From Candidatus Moraniibacteriota bacterium (GTDB taxonomy: Bacteria > Patescibacteriota > Minisyncoccia > Moranbacterales > UBA1568), in assembly GCA_028688415.1 (NCBI GenBank), contig JAQTYF010000001.1, forward strand, positions 80,627 through 144,626: a stretch of 64,000 nucleotides of DNA, in the 5' to 3' direction. Under the pieces are notes generated by a model. It was not told the origin of the DNA. It saw nothing but the letters and a program-made list of their open reading frames with translations, and ran no database searches. The position numbers and the translations under genes were made by a program. Below are positions 19,789 through 29,833 of this stretch, one piece after another (within the stretch, counting starts at the first letter, position 1; every line of letters starts with the position of its first letter).

Positions 19789-20415
19789 ATGACAAAAAAA
19801 AATCTCAAAGGGATGACTCTTGTGGAGCTTATGGTAGCGATCAGTATTATGCTGATTGCTATGGGAGGTTTTACGACGCTTTTTATTAAGAGTTGGGATA
19901 CGAATAAGTTTGTTCTCGAGGAAGGTATGGCATCCTCGAATGCTTCATATGCCTTGGGAAAAGTGATCAAACAGCTCCGTGGTGTGAAGCAAGCGGACAA
20001 TGGAGATTTTCCTGTTGAATCCGCTGATGATTTTGATCTGAAAGTCTATGTCGACATCGATCATGATGACGTGACAGAGCGTGTACACTATTTCCTCGAT
20101 CTCGATACACACGAGCTACAAAGAGGAGTGACCAATCCCACCGGATCAGCACCGGTCTCATATCCAGCATCCGATGACTCTGTCTCTGTGATTGCCGAGC
20201 ATATCACGAATACGAATGCCAATCCGCTTTTTCTCTATTACAACAAAAACTATCCTGGTGATACGACCAACAATCCAATCGCGACACCGGCCGATGTCTC
20301 TGCTATCCGATTGATTCAGGTGCATCTCTGGGTAGATGTCAATCCGGCTCATCCACCGAATAATATCAATATGGAATCATTTGTCGATCTGCGTAACCTG
20401 AAATATTATGAGTAG
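19789..20415 (+). CDS. Minor pilin (PilW-like)
   Basis: KG|MTLVELMVA prepilin motif. Confidence 0.85.
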   Translation: MTKKNLKGMTLVELMVAISIMLIAMGGFTTLFIKSWDTNKFVLEEGMASSNASYALGKVIKQLRGVKQADNGDFPVESADDFDLKVYVDIDHDDVTERVHYFLDLDTHELQRGVTNPTGSAPVSYPASDDSVSVIAEHITNTNANPLFLYYNKNYPGDTTNNPIATPADVSAIRLIQVHLWVDVNPAHPPNNINMESFVDLRNLKYYE

Positions 20416-21958
20416 TATGAGTGCAAAACAAAAAGGTTCAGCATTGGTGTATGGTCTGGTCATTATGACAGCTGTGGCTATTATATTGACATCTCTTTTG
20501 ACATATATTACTTCACAAATAAAATACTCGTTGCGTATACATTCACGCGAACAATCGTTTCAGATAGCAGAGTCGGGCATTAGCTTTTATCGTTGGTATC
20601 TGGCACATCAGGCAGAAGGGAGAACCGCCCAACAGCTCGCTACCTTCTGGTCGAGTGGGAATCCATATGGTGTCGGAACTCCATATGTCGGGGTGTATTA
20701 TGATCCTTTCGGAACGGCGATAGGGGAATACTCTCTCACAGTGATTCCTCCGGCAGTAGGATCGACAATTGTCAGAGTGACATCGATTGGTGCAACGTAC
20801 AAATATCCGACTGATACTCGGACACTTACCGTACGTTTTCGTCGTCCTTCGTGGAGCGAGAGTGCGGTACTCGCCAATGATTTTATGCGTTTTGGAAATG
20901 GTACAGAAGTATTTGGCAAGATTATGTCCAATAAGGGCATTCGTTTTGATGGTTTGTCACATAATATTGTTTCCAGTGCTGTTTCTACATTCGATGATCC
21001 TGATCACACTGGTGCCAGTGAGTTTGGTGTTCATACACACAAAAATGTCCCTCCGACTACAGGGGTAAATGATACATTTCGTTCTGCGGAAGCACCGAAC
21101 TCTGCTGTTGCGCTACGATCCGATGTGTTCGAAGCCGGTCGATCTTTTCCTGTAGCGACGGTGGATTTCAATGGCGTGATCGGGGATATGAGTTTAATGA
21201 AATCAGAAGCGCAAGCAGGGAATGGAGAATATTTCAATACAACTGGTTTTGGACGAGAAATCGTACTCAAAACAAATGGTACTTTTGATATCTGTACGGT
21301 GAATACCTATGATGCCACCACTTATCAGCCGTCTAATTATGTCGGTGCTGTTTCGGGTGCGAGCGGTTCCTATGCCGGAACCAATGGAAATAGTTGTGTT
21401 GCAACAACTTGCTGTGTAGGAGTTGCCTGTCCATTGATTCAAAATAGTAAACCTACAAGAGGAAGATGTGCGAGTCAATCGAATCATACTATTGTGGATA
21501 ATGGAGTGATATTTGTTGAGAACAACGTGTGGGTGTCGGGTCAGATAGATACCAAGAAGATCACGATAGCTGCTGCGAATCTTGTCGGAGGCACTATTCC
21601 TTCGCTCTATGTGATGCACAATCTCTTGTATACCAATTATACAGGGACGGATATTATTGGTCTTATCGGACAGAAAAATGTCGATATTCCACGGAACAGC
21701 GATACGACACTTCGAATCGATGCTGCGCTCCTCGCTCAACAAGGGAGAGTGGGACGTGCGTGGTATAGCGGTCTGACAAAAAATACTATTACTATCTACG
21801 GAGCCATCGCTACGAGTCTTCGATACGGTTTTGCTTACACTGATGGCACCGGATATATAAATCGTAATTTGTATTATGATAATAATCTATTGTATTATCC
21901 ACCGCCATATTTCCCTACAGGGACACAATATCAGATGGATTTGTGGGAAGAAGATTAG
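20408..21958 (+). CDS. PilX-like minor pilin
   Basis: KG|SALVYGLV without E5, AESG motif, C-terminal YD..L...PPP.FP. Confidence 0.8.
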   Translation: MSSMSAKQKGSALVYGLVIMTAVAIILTSLLTYITSQIKYSLRIHSREQSFQIAESGISFYRWYLAHQAEGRTAQQLATFWSSGNPYGVGTPYVGVYYDPFGTAIGEYSLTVIPPAVGSTIVRVTSIGATYKYPTDTRTLTVRFRRPSWSESAVLANDFMRFGNGTEVFGKIMSNKGIRFDGLSHNIVSSAVSTFDDPDHTGASEFGVHTHKNVPPTTGVNDTFRSAEAPNSAVALRSDVFEAGRSFPVATVDFNGVIGDMSLMKSEAQAGNGEYFNTTGFGREIVLKTNGTFDICTVNTYDATTYQPSNYVGAVSGASGSYAGTNGNSCVATTCCVGVACPLIQNSKPTRGRCASQSNHTIVDNGVIFVENNVWVSGQIDTKKITIAAANLVGGTIPSLYVMHNLLYTNYTGTDIIGLIGQKNVDIPRNSDTTLRIDAALLAQQGRVGRAWYSGLTKNTITIYGAIATSLRYGFAYTDGTGYINRNLYYDNNLLYYPPPYFPTGTQYQMDLWEED

Positions 21959-22038
21959 TCAGAGAACAAAGAGAAAAACACAAAGAAACAAAACAGAAAA
22001 AATATGTTATACTACAAAAGAAATAAACATACAGACCA

Positions 22039-23133
22039 ATGAGTATTTTACAGAAGAATTTTTTCAATGTTTTCCCGAATGCTTTCGGACTTGATTTGAG
22101 TGATCTCTCTATCAAAGCTGTGTGGCTGGAACGTATGGGAAAACTCGACTCTATTTCGAGTTTTGGTTCCGTGCCATTACCTCTAGGCAGTGTTGTTGAT
22201 GGGGAGATTGTCAATCCTGATGCAGTTCAATCTGCAATTATAGATTTGCTTGACAAAACTGGACCTGGACGAATCACAACCCGAAAAGTAATATGTTCTC
22301 TCCCTGAAACCAAGGCTTTTTTACGTATCATATCTATCCCCATGATGGCTTCCAAGGAGGTAAAAGAGGCTATTAAATGGGAGATTGAAGCCAATATTCC
22401 GTTGACACTTGATCAGGTATACTATGATTGGCAGATTCTCGATGAGAATTTTATTCAAGAAAAAGGGAAAATGAGCGTGTTAGTTGTAGCTGTGGCACGC
22501 AGTGTTGTTGATCAGTTTCAGTCCGTTCTCACTTCTGCTGGACTCGAAGTTGTCGGACTCGAAACAGAATCTATTGCTCAGGCACGAAGTCTCTTGGCGG
22601 AGAAAAATGAGAAACAAACAACACTTATTGTTGACATCGGTGATCGACGTTCGAGCTTCTTGATTGCTATCGGAAGTACGACGTGTTTCACTTCGAGTGT
22701 CCCTCTCTCTTCTCAGATGATCACTGATGCTATTTCCAAATCACTTCAGATTCCTTTTGGAGAAGCAGAAGAGATCAAAATCAAGCAAGGCTTAGGATCA
22801 CTTGCTTTACAGAGTCCAGTGCTCAAAGCTGCTTTACCAGTACTCGAAAGCATTGCGACAGAAATAGAACGATCAATTGATTTCTACCTGAGTAATCTCC
22901 ATTATTCTGAAAATATCGATTCGATTGTGCTCTGCGGAGGAGGAGCTAACATGCAAGGACTTGTACCATTTCTGTCTCGACGGTTGGGACGATTGGTCGA
23001 ATTTGGAGATCCTTGGGTCAACGTCAATCTCGGTAAGAAAATACCTCTTATTGATCACAATCGTTCCGTACAGTATTCAACCGCTATCGGCCTCGCACTC
23101 CGAGGTCTCGACGAATATGAAAACTTTGCTTAA
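22039..23133 (+). CDS. pilM: Type IV pilus assembly protein PilM
   Basis: GLDLSD, VDIG, LCGGGA and AIGLALR actin-like motifs. Confidence 0.92.
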   Translation: MSILQKNFFNVFPNAFGLDLSDLSIKAVWLERMGKLDSISSFGSVPLPLGSVVDGEIVNPDAVQSAIIDLLDKTGPGRITTRKVICSLPETKAFLRIISIPMMASKEVKEAIKWEIEANIPLTLDQVYYDWQILDENFIQEKGKMSVLVVAVARSVVDQFQSVLTSAGLEVVGLETESIAQARSLLAEKNEKQTTLIVDIGDRRSSFLIAIGSTTCFTSSVPLSSQMITDAISKSLQIPFGEAEEIKIKQGLGSLALQSPVLKAALPVLESIATEIERSIDFYLSNLHYSENIDSIVLCGGGANMQGLVPFLSRRLGRLVEFGDPWVNVNLGKKIPLIDHNRSVQYSTAIGLALRGLDEYENFA

Positions 23134-23677
23134 CCTCTTACCAGAGGAAAATAAAAAAGATATCGAACGTAAAACACGCTTCCATTTTTTTCTGTGGCAG
23201 TTGTTTCTTATTTTTATGTTGGAAGTGTTATATGTCAGTATACTGGTTAGTTCCTATATCATTCTCGATTTTCAATTAAAAAATTTGACGATGTCCAAGA
23301 AGATAGAGAATGTAGAAAATGCGAAACAATCGACACTTGATACGTATCAGAAAAAATTCAAAGAAACAAACACGACAGTAGGTATAATAAAAAAAATAAG
23401 TGACAATCATTTTTCTTTTTCTCAGATTTTTCCATTACTAGACAGCTTGATTCCAGAGGGTATCGTTATCGATCAAATATCAACAAAAAACTACACGGTA
23501 TCCCTTAAAGGAAAAGCGAACACAAGAGAGCATTTCTTGATGCTTGATGCGAAACTCAAAGAATCAGCGTGTACAGAAAATGTCAATATTCCTCTTTCGA
23601 GTCTTTTTTCTCAGGAAAATATTGAATTTCAGATTGATTTTGAAATAAAGAAAGAATGTTTGAAAAAAACTCTATGA
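23117..23677 (+). CDS. pilN: PilN-like protein
   Basis: LNLLP motif followed by a TM helix, directly after pilM; ATG 23117. Confidence 0.75.
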   Translation: MKTLLNLLPEENKKDIERKTRFHFFLWQLFLIFMLEVLYVSILVSSYIILDFQLKNLTMSKKIENVENAKQSTLDTYQKKFKETNTTVGIIKKISDNHFSFSQIFPLLDSLIPEGIVIDQISTKNYTVSLKGKANTREHFLMLDAKLKESACTENVNIPLSSLFSQENIEFQIDFEIKKECLKKTL

Positions 23678-24426
23678 CAAGTCACTCATTTTCATTAAAA
23701 AAGTCTACACCATCGATTCTTCTGATCACACTTTTAGTGGCCGTAGGAGGTATGGTTTGGTTTGGTATTTTTCCTTTGAAGACATCGCTTCTTAATAAAG
23801 CACGAATGACCCAAGAATTTTATGCCGATGAAGAAAATCAATTGAAACAAATCGGTCGTTTACCAGAATTGCAGAATCAGTATACTACCATAGAAAATGA
23901 TGCATCTAAACTTGATATTTTGCTTTATGAAGGACAAGTGATCGATTTTATCAAAACGCTCGAAACGCTTGCTTCTGAGGCAAATGTGAAATTGATTATT
24001 GCTTCCAAGGATACAGGGAAAATCGTCGAGCCCAAAGCAACAACTAAAAAGCCTCCTGTCACAGCAGAAAAAGAAACAAAAACTGATACATCGAGTACGA
24101 CAAAAGCAAAAACAGTCGATATTCTCGAAGATATTCCCTTTGATAGATATCTGCGGTTGAGCATCAGTGCCACTGGACAATACGCCAATATCATCAATTT
24201 TCTCCATAAGATAGAGACATTGCCTGTTGGATTGGACGTGATCGGTATAGAAATAAAGAGAGCTGAGACAGAGAAGAAAGAAAAGCCTGTATTAGGAGCA
24301 GGTGTTCTTTTCTCGAGTGTTCCTTTGAATGGCAATCCACCTACTCAACCAGTAGCAGGAGAAGAAATTATAGAAAAAAATATTCTCGAGGGAGTATTTG
24401 ATCTTGTGGTGTATGTGAATAAATAA
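23674..24426 (+). CDS. pilO: PilO-like protein
   Basis: TM helix, coiled coil, GQY..I.NFL.KIETLP; ATGA overlap with the pilN stop. Confidence 0.7.
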   Translation: MTSHSFSLKKSTPSILLITLLVAVGGMVWFGIFPLKTSLLNKARMTQEFYADEENQLKQIGRLPELQNQYTTIENDASKLDILLYEGQVIDFIKTLETLASEANVKLIIASKDTGKIVEPKATTKKPPVTAEKETKTDTSSTTKAKTVDILEDIPFDRYLRLSISATGQYANIINFLHKIETLPVGLDVIGIEIKRAETEKKEKPVLGAGVLFSSVPLNGNPPTQPVAGEEIIEKNILEGVFDLVVYVNK

Positions 24427-24436
24427 AAAGTATCGT

Positions 24437-24763
24437 ATGAATATTCCTTTTGGCGCTTCATTTAAAAAAATCAAAGAACAATCATCCTCCTGGCATATGA
24501 TTTTTTTCTGGTATCGTCATTATAAAGTGTTTTTCTTTCTTGGATTCCTTGTTGTGTGCGCATTGGGTGGATGGGATTATTACTACAGTGTTTTTCGGTT
24601 TCGCTTTACTGATGAAGAAAAGAAGCTCTATGTCGATTCATATTTCAAAGAAACGCTTTTTGATGAAGAGAAATTTCACAAAACAATTAATGGTCTCACA
24701 AATCGTGCTGAGCATCACAAAGAACCTCTTCATCTTGAAAAAAATATCTTTGAGGTGAAATAG
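24437..24763 (+). CDS. Hypothetical membrane protein (end of pil operon)
   Basis: Single TM helix, operonic position. Confidence 0.65.
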   Translation: MNIPFGASFKKIKEQSSSWHMIFFWYRHYKVFFFLGFLVVCALGGWDYYYSVFRFRFTDEEKKLYVDSYFKETLFDEEKFHKTINGLTNRAEHHKEPLHLEKNIFEVK

Positions 24764-24797
24764 TTTATTTGAAGTGATGTGTCTTGTGTGAACGGAA

Positions 24798-24826
24798 TTG
24801 ACCCCGTATGTTTTTTGTCGTATACT
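24798..24826 (+). promoter_or_regulatory. Sigma70-type promoter of rlmN
   Basis: TTGACC-17 nt-TATACT. Confidence 0.65.
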
Positions 24827-24880
24827 GTTTGCTTACAGAGAAGAACGAATGAAGAACAAGTTACTTGAATTTTATAGAAT

Positions 24881-25930
24881 ATGCTTCTTTCCCGTAAACA
24901 ACAATTTGAAGCCTTATTTCCAGAAGCCCCCGCTTTCCGATGGCGTCAGATAGAAGAGGCTTTTTTTGATATTTCTCTCAAATCTGTGACAGAAATCTCC
25001 AATATTCCTCTTACTATGCGTGAAATTCTTGTAAAAGAATTACCCTGGCTTACTGTCAAAGAAGTACGAGTATTTGAAAGTGTCAAAAAAGACACATTCA
25101 AGGCAGTGGTAGAGATAGAAGGAGGCCATCGGGTAGAAACTGTGCTTATGAAAAATGCACGAGGACAATGGACGGTGTGTGTCTCATCGCAGGTAGGGTG
25201 TGCGATGGCGTGTACGTTTTGTGCGACGGGAACGATGGGTTTCACTCGTAATCTCATATCCGATGAAATTGTCGATCAGATACGTTTCTGGAATATTTTT
25301 CTTGCTTCGCGTCCAAATCTCGCCCCTCGTATCAGCAACGTAGTCTTTATGGGAATGGGAGAACCACTCGCTAACTACGATAATGTGAAAGAAGCGATTC
25401 GACAATTGCTTACTTATACTGATCTTGGACCGACACACATTACGGTATCGACTGTCGGACTGTTACCGATGCTTCGCAAGATTCTTACAGATGAGAAGTG
25501 GCCACCTGTCCGTCTCGCTGTCTCGCTTCATAGTGCTGTGACTGAAACACGGAAGAAAATGATGCCCAGCTCGTTTGAAACTTTTTTAGATGAACTCATT
25601 GTGTGGACTCATGAATATTTTGCAAAGAATGAGACGAGACGTCGTCATCTCACGTTTGAATATGTGATGTTGTCAAAGATCAATGATACCGAAGAACACG
25701 CTACCTCTCTTATTCGTTTTGCGAAACAGATGGAAAATGTGAAAATAAATCTCATTCCTTACAACTTTACCGGAAGCGTGTACAGAGATAGTCTTCCTGG
25801 AGACTTTGATCGCTTTCAAAAACAACTCGAAGATGCAGGTGTCACGGTTACTCGTCGCAAAACAATGGGAGATGATATCGCTGCCGCTTGTGGACAACTC
25901 ATTGTAGAAGGTAATACAACCACGAAATAG
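24881..25930 (+). CDS. rlmN: 23S rRNA (adenine2503-C2) methyltransferase
   Basis: CVSSQVGCAMACTFCATG, MGMGEP and IAAACGQL. Confidence 0.95.
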   Translation: MLLSRKQQFEALFPEAPAFRWRQIEEAFFDISLKSVTEISNIPLTMREILVKELPWLTVKEVRVFESVKKDTFKAVVEIEGGHRVETVLMKNARGQWTVCVSSQVGCAMACTFCATGTMGFTRNLISDEIVDQIRFWNIFLASRPNLAPRISNVVFMGMGEPLANYDNVKEAIRQLLTYTDLGPTHITVSTVGLLPMLRKILTDEKWPPVRLAVSLHSAVTETRKKMMPSSFETFLDELIVWTHEYFAKNETRRRHLTFEYVMLSKINDTEEHATSLIRFAKQMENVKINLIPYNFTGSVYRDSLPGDFDRFQKQLEDAGVTVTRRKTMGDDIAAACGQLIVEGNTTTK

Positions 25931-25934
25931 ATGT

Positions 25935-27080
25935 ATGACAAAAAAATTTTTCCTCAAAACTTTCGGGTGTCAGCAAAATGTCGCTGATTCAGAACGGATC
26001 GAGAGTTTCTATCTCTCTCGTGGTTTTTCTCGTGCTGAAACAATAGAAGAAGCTGATGTGCTTCTTCTCAATACGTGCGTCATTCGTGATAAAGCGGAAG
26101 AGAAGGTGTACGGTATGATCAAAAGTCTCCGTACACGTCTCGGTAATAAATCACCGCATATCGTCGTGACAGGATGTCTCATCGGAGCGGCGAGTCGTGT
26201 CCCTGGTGGTAAAATGATGAAACGTCTGACGACACGTCTCCCTGATGTTGAATTTCTTCCTCTTGAAGAAGTCGGTTTTGAATATACGCCGACCCGAGCT
26301 TCTGGCAAGACAGCATCTATCGTCATTTCCAATGGGTGTAATAATTACTGTGCTTTTTGTATTGTACCGTTTTCTCGTGGCAAAGAACGATCACGAGCCT
26401 TCGCTGATATTCTTTCTGAAGCCAAACAGGTGATAGCAGATGGATATGAGGAAATAGTACTCCTTGGTCAGAATGTGAATTCGTACGGGGCTGATTTTTT
26501 GCAAGAAAAAATACAAGAAGAGGAAGAATATATTTTGCCAGATGGTAAGAAAGTGAAGCCAGTGATGGTAAAACATCTGAACCGACACCGTATTCCGACA
26601 TTGTTTCCATACCTTCTTGAAAGTGTTGCACAAATACCCAAAGTGAAAAAAGTCACTTTTATTTCTTCGAACCCATGGGACTTTTCCGATGAATTGATCA
26701 ATGTGATGGCACGATACGAAAATATCAATCGAGAGCTTCATCTCCCTGTGCAATCAGGAAATGATGAAATATTGAAAAAGATGAATCGTTGGTATACGCG
26801 TGAAGAATATCTCAGTCTCATTGACCGTATTCGTCAGGCAATACCCAAGATGACATTCACGACTGATATCATCGTCGGATTCCCTGGTGAGACGAGAGAA
26901 CAATTCGAAGACAGTATTGATATCGTAAAGCGTGTCGGTTTTGTCAAGACATTCATCGCGTGGTATTCACCACGTCCGGGAACATCAGCTACCAAAGGAA
27001 TGGAAGATGATGTTCGTATCGAAGAAAAACAGCGTCGTTTTCACGAACTTGATGCTATCGCGTTCAAAGGAAAGAAGTAG
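25935..27080 (+). CDS. miaB: tRNA methylthiotransferase, MiaB family (no TRAM domain)
   Basis: TFGCQQN, NTC, GCNNYCAFC, LPVQSG and DIIVGFPGET. Confidence 0.8.
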   Translation: MTKKFFLKTFGCQQNVADSERIESFYLSRGFSRAETIEEADVLLLNTCVIRDKAEEKVYGMIKSLRTRLGNKSPHIVVTGCLIGAASRVPGGKMMKRLTTRLPDVEFLPLEEVGFEYTPTRASGKTASIVISNGCNNYCAFCIVPFSRGKERSRAFADILSEAKQVIADGYEEIVLLGQNVNSYGADFLQEKIQEEEEYILPDGKKVKPVMVKHLNRHRIPTLFPYLLESVAQIPKVKKVTFISSNPWDFSDELINVMARYENINRELHLPVQSGNDEILKKMNRWYTREEYLSLIDRIRQAIPKMTFTTDIIVGFPGETREQFEDSIDIVKRVGFVKTFIAWYSPRPGTSATKGMEDDVRIEEKQRRFHELDAIAFKGKK

Positions 27081-27102
27081 TAAGAATTTTTATCTCTAGG
27101 GC

Positions 27103-27314
27103 GGTATTGTTTTTCAAAAGTATTTTTCTTCTTCCGTACCCCGCTTCGAACGATTCATGTCTTAGCGAAGAGAAAGTCGTCTCATTCTCGCTCTCAAAGA
27201 GCGAGTTCAGATAAAAACTGAACCATGAGACGATTTTCCTTGCTCCGCTTTCACCTCGAATCGTTATCGAATACAGGCTAAAGGAAGAGAAAAATACTTT
27301 TGAAAAATAATACC
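27103..27314 (+). repeat. Long multibranched hairpin element, family D
   Basis: GGTATTGTTTTTCAAAAGTATTTTTCT/AGAAAAATACTTTTGAAAAATAATACC outer stem; inner stems AACGATTC/GAATCGTT, TCGTCTCAT/ATGAGACGA, CTCGCTC/GAGCGAG and GTTCAG/CTGAAC. Confidence 0.85.
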
Positions 27315-27371
27315 ATCTGTAGACAGGGAGCGATATCAAAACAATATTTGCACCATCAAAAGATATGAGGA

Positions 27372-27522
27372 AATTTTCTGTCGCAAGAATCTTTCTGGGA
27401 AGCCTGAAGTTTTTTTGAGCATGGTTCCGACGTTTCGTCGGATCAAAAAAAGTTCACGCAAAGAGTTTTTCCGCTGGGAAAAATAAATGGTTCCAAAGAA
27501 AGGTTGCTTGCGATAGAAAATT
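27372..27522 (+). repeat. Structured intergenic repeat, family A copy 2
   Basis: Shares CAAGAATCTTTCTGGGA, the inner hairpins and the CGCTGG loop with 1656-1796; stems covary. Confidence 0.85.
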
Positions 27523-27682
27523 CACAAACTCTATAGCAACAGAAGAAGTTTACCGATTTTTTCTATTGAAAGCCACAGAAGAAAAATATTTTTGGAGAAC
27601 AATGTTGTTCATTGATTTTTGAAAATTGATTGAAGATTATTGTTTGGATGTGCTAATATAGGGAAGTATTCTATCTATTATT

Positions 27683-28495
27683 ATGTCCAAAAAACTCCTC
27701 ACAATCATATCGTGGAATGTCAACGGTATTCGTGCTGTCCATAAAAAAGGCCTTTTTTTGCCATTTATAGAGAAATATCAACCAGATATTCTCTGTTTAC
27801 AAGAAACCAAGGCTCTCGAGGGTCAGGCGGAAATTGACTTACCAGAATACGAAGAGTATTGGAATTCTGCTGACAGAAAAGGCTATTCCGGGACAGCGAT
27901 ATTTACAAAAACAAAACCACTCTCTGTTATCAATGGCATTTTTCCTGAGATAGCTGAGCGATTTCATCTGACACACGATAGTTATGGTGATCCGACGAGA
28001 GAAGGACGAGTGATTACGGCAGAATATGATACTTTCTATCTTGTGACAGTGTATACCCCCAACGTGAAAGAAGATTTGAGTCGTCTCTCACTTCGTAAAA
28101 AACAGTGGGACCCTGCTTTTCTCGCTTTCTGTCAAGAACTAGAAAAGAAGAAGCCCGTTGTTTTTTGTGGAGATCTGAACGTGGCCTATACAGAAGACGA
28201 TCTCGCGAATCCAAAAGCCAATATCGGGAAGCATGGTTTCACCAATGAAGAACGAAATGGTTTCCATAATTTTATCACAGCAGGATTTGTCGACACGTTC
28301 CGTATTTTTCACCAGGGCAATGGTTTCTATAGTTGGTGGTCGTACTTCGCGAATTCACGATCCCGCAATGTCGGTTGGCGGATCGATTATTTCCTCACGA
28401 GTCAGTCTCTCACCCCGAGAATCCATGACGCGTATATCCTCCCCGAAGTGACAGGCTCGGATCATTGTCCTGTCGGTATCACATTTTCCTTATGA
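27683..28495 (+). CDS. xth: Exodeoxyribonuclease III
   Basis: SWNVNGIRA, LQETK, GDLNVA, GWRIDY and SDHCP. Confidence 0.95.
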   Translation: MSKKLLTIISWNVNGIRAVHKKGLFLPFIEKYQPDILCLQETKALEGQAEIDLPEYEEYWNSADRKGYSGTAIFTKTKPLSVINGIFPEIAERFHLTHDSYGDPTREGRVITAEYDTFYLVTVYTPNVKEDLSRLSLRKKQWDPAFLAFCQELEKKKPVVFCGDLNVAYTEDDLANPKANIGKHGFTNEERNGFHNFITAGFVDTFRIFHQGNGFYSWWSYFANSRSRNVGWRIDYFLTSQSLTPRIHDAYILPEVTGSDHCPVGITFSL

Positions 28496-29697
28496 ACACT
28501 ATTCCTCTCGCGGAACGGATGCGTCCGAAGACAATCGAAGAATTCTTGGGTCAGGAAAAAATATTTGGCGAAGGATCATTCCTCCGTGACGCTATCAAAC
28601 AGAATCACGTCCCATCACTCATCCTCTGGGGACCACCAGGGAGTGGCAAGACGACACTGGCACGCATCCTCTCGACGGCACTCGATGCGGATTTTATTGC
28701 TCTCTCGGCAGTGAGTAGTGGGAAGAAAGACTTACAAACAGTGCTCCTCCGAGCACAAGAGAATCATACACAAGGGAAGCAGACGATTCTCTTTCTTGAT
28801 GAAATACATCGCTGGAACAAGGCGCAGCAAGATGCACTCCTTCCTTTTGTCGAGTCCGGTATATTGACCCTCGTCGGTGCAACGACCGAGAACCCGAGTT
28901 TCGAAGTGAATTCTGCTCTTCTCTCTCGATCTCGAGTACTCGTACTTGAGAAGCATACGACTGCCACACTGACACTGCTTCTCAAACGTGCACTCACTGA
29001 TGATGCCGAAATGAAAAAGAAAAAAATAACCGCCCGAGACGAGACGCTTTCTTTTATTGCGGAAGTCGCAGGAGGGGATGGACGGCAAGCACTCAATATT
29101 CTCGAGGCTTGTGCAACTCGTACCAAAAATATCACTCCAGAAATCGTCGGCACTATCGTCGAGCGTTCGCACATTCTCTATGACAAGGGAGGGGAGCAAC
29201 ATTACAATATTATTTCTGCTTTGCACAAATCCCTGCGGGGAGGGGACGTCGATGCGAGTTTGTATTGGCTCGGACGGATGCTTGTCGCAGGAGAAGATCC
29301 TCTCTATGTTGCACGACGTCTCGTCCGTTTTGCTTCTGAGGATATCGGACTGGCGAACTCATTTGCATTACCACAAGCAGTCGCTGTTTTTCAGTCCTGT
29401 CAGATGCTTGGGATGCCAGAATGTGAAGTCCATCTCGCTCAGGCAGTGGTCTATCTCGCGAAGTCCAAGAAATCCAACGCACTCTATGTTGCTTATGGAA
29501 AGGTTAAGGATGATGTGGCTCGTTTCCCGAACGAACCAGTACCCCTCCATCTTCGTAATGCCCCGACAAAATTGATGAAAGAAATAGGTTATGGAAAAGA
29601 CTATAAATACACCCCTGATTTCAAGGACGAAAAATCAGCCAAACAAGACTATCTTCCAGAAAAACTCCGTGGGAGAAAATATATTGATTTTGTATAG
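28492..29697 (+). CDS. rarA: Replication-associated recombination protein A
   Basis: PLAERMRP, GPPGSGKT, DEIHR, GATTENPSF and SEDIGLA; ATGA overlap with xth. Confidence 0.95.
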   Translation: MNTIPLAERMRPKTIEEFLGQEKIFGEGSFLRDAIKQNHVPSLILWGPPGSGKTTLARILSTALDADFIALSAVSSGKKDLQTVLLRAQENHTQGKQTILFLDEIHRWNKAQQDALLPFVESGILTLVGATTENPSFEVNSALLSRSRVLVLEKHTTATLTLLLKRALTDDAEMKKKKITARDETLSFIAEVAGGDGRQALNILEACATRTKNITPEIVGTIVERSHILYDKGGEQHYNIISALHKSLRGGDVDASLYWLGRMLVAGEDPLYVARRLVRFASEDIGLANSFALPQAVAVFQSCQMLGMPECEVHLAQAVVYLAKSKKSNALYVAYGKVKDDVARFPNEPVPLHLRNAPTKLMKEIGYGKDYKYTPDFKDEKSAKQDYLPEKLRGRKYIDFV

Positions 29698-29833
29698 TAT
29701 TTCTTGATGATTGATAGGGAGTGTTTTTTTGTGCTATGATTGCAAAGCCGAGAAATGAGGAACAAGTTACCCGGTAGTGGTCTTTTGAGATCACTTTTCG
29801 TTTTTTGACAATTGAAACAAGAAGGATAATAGT

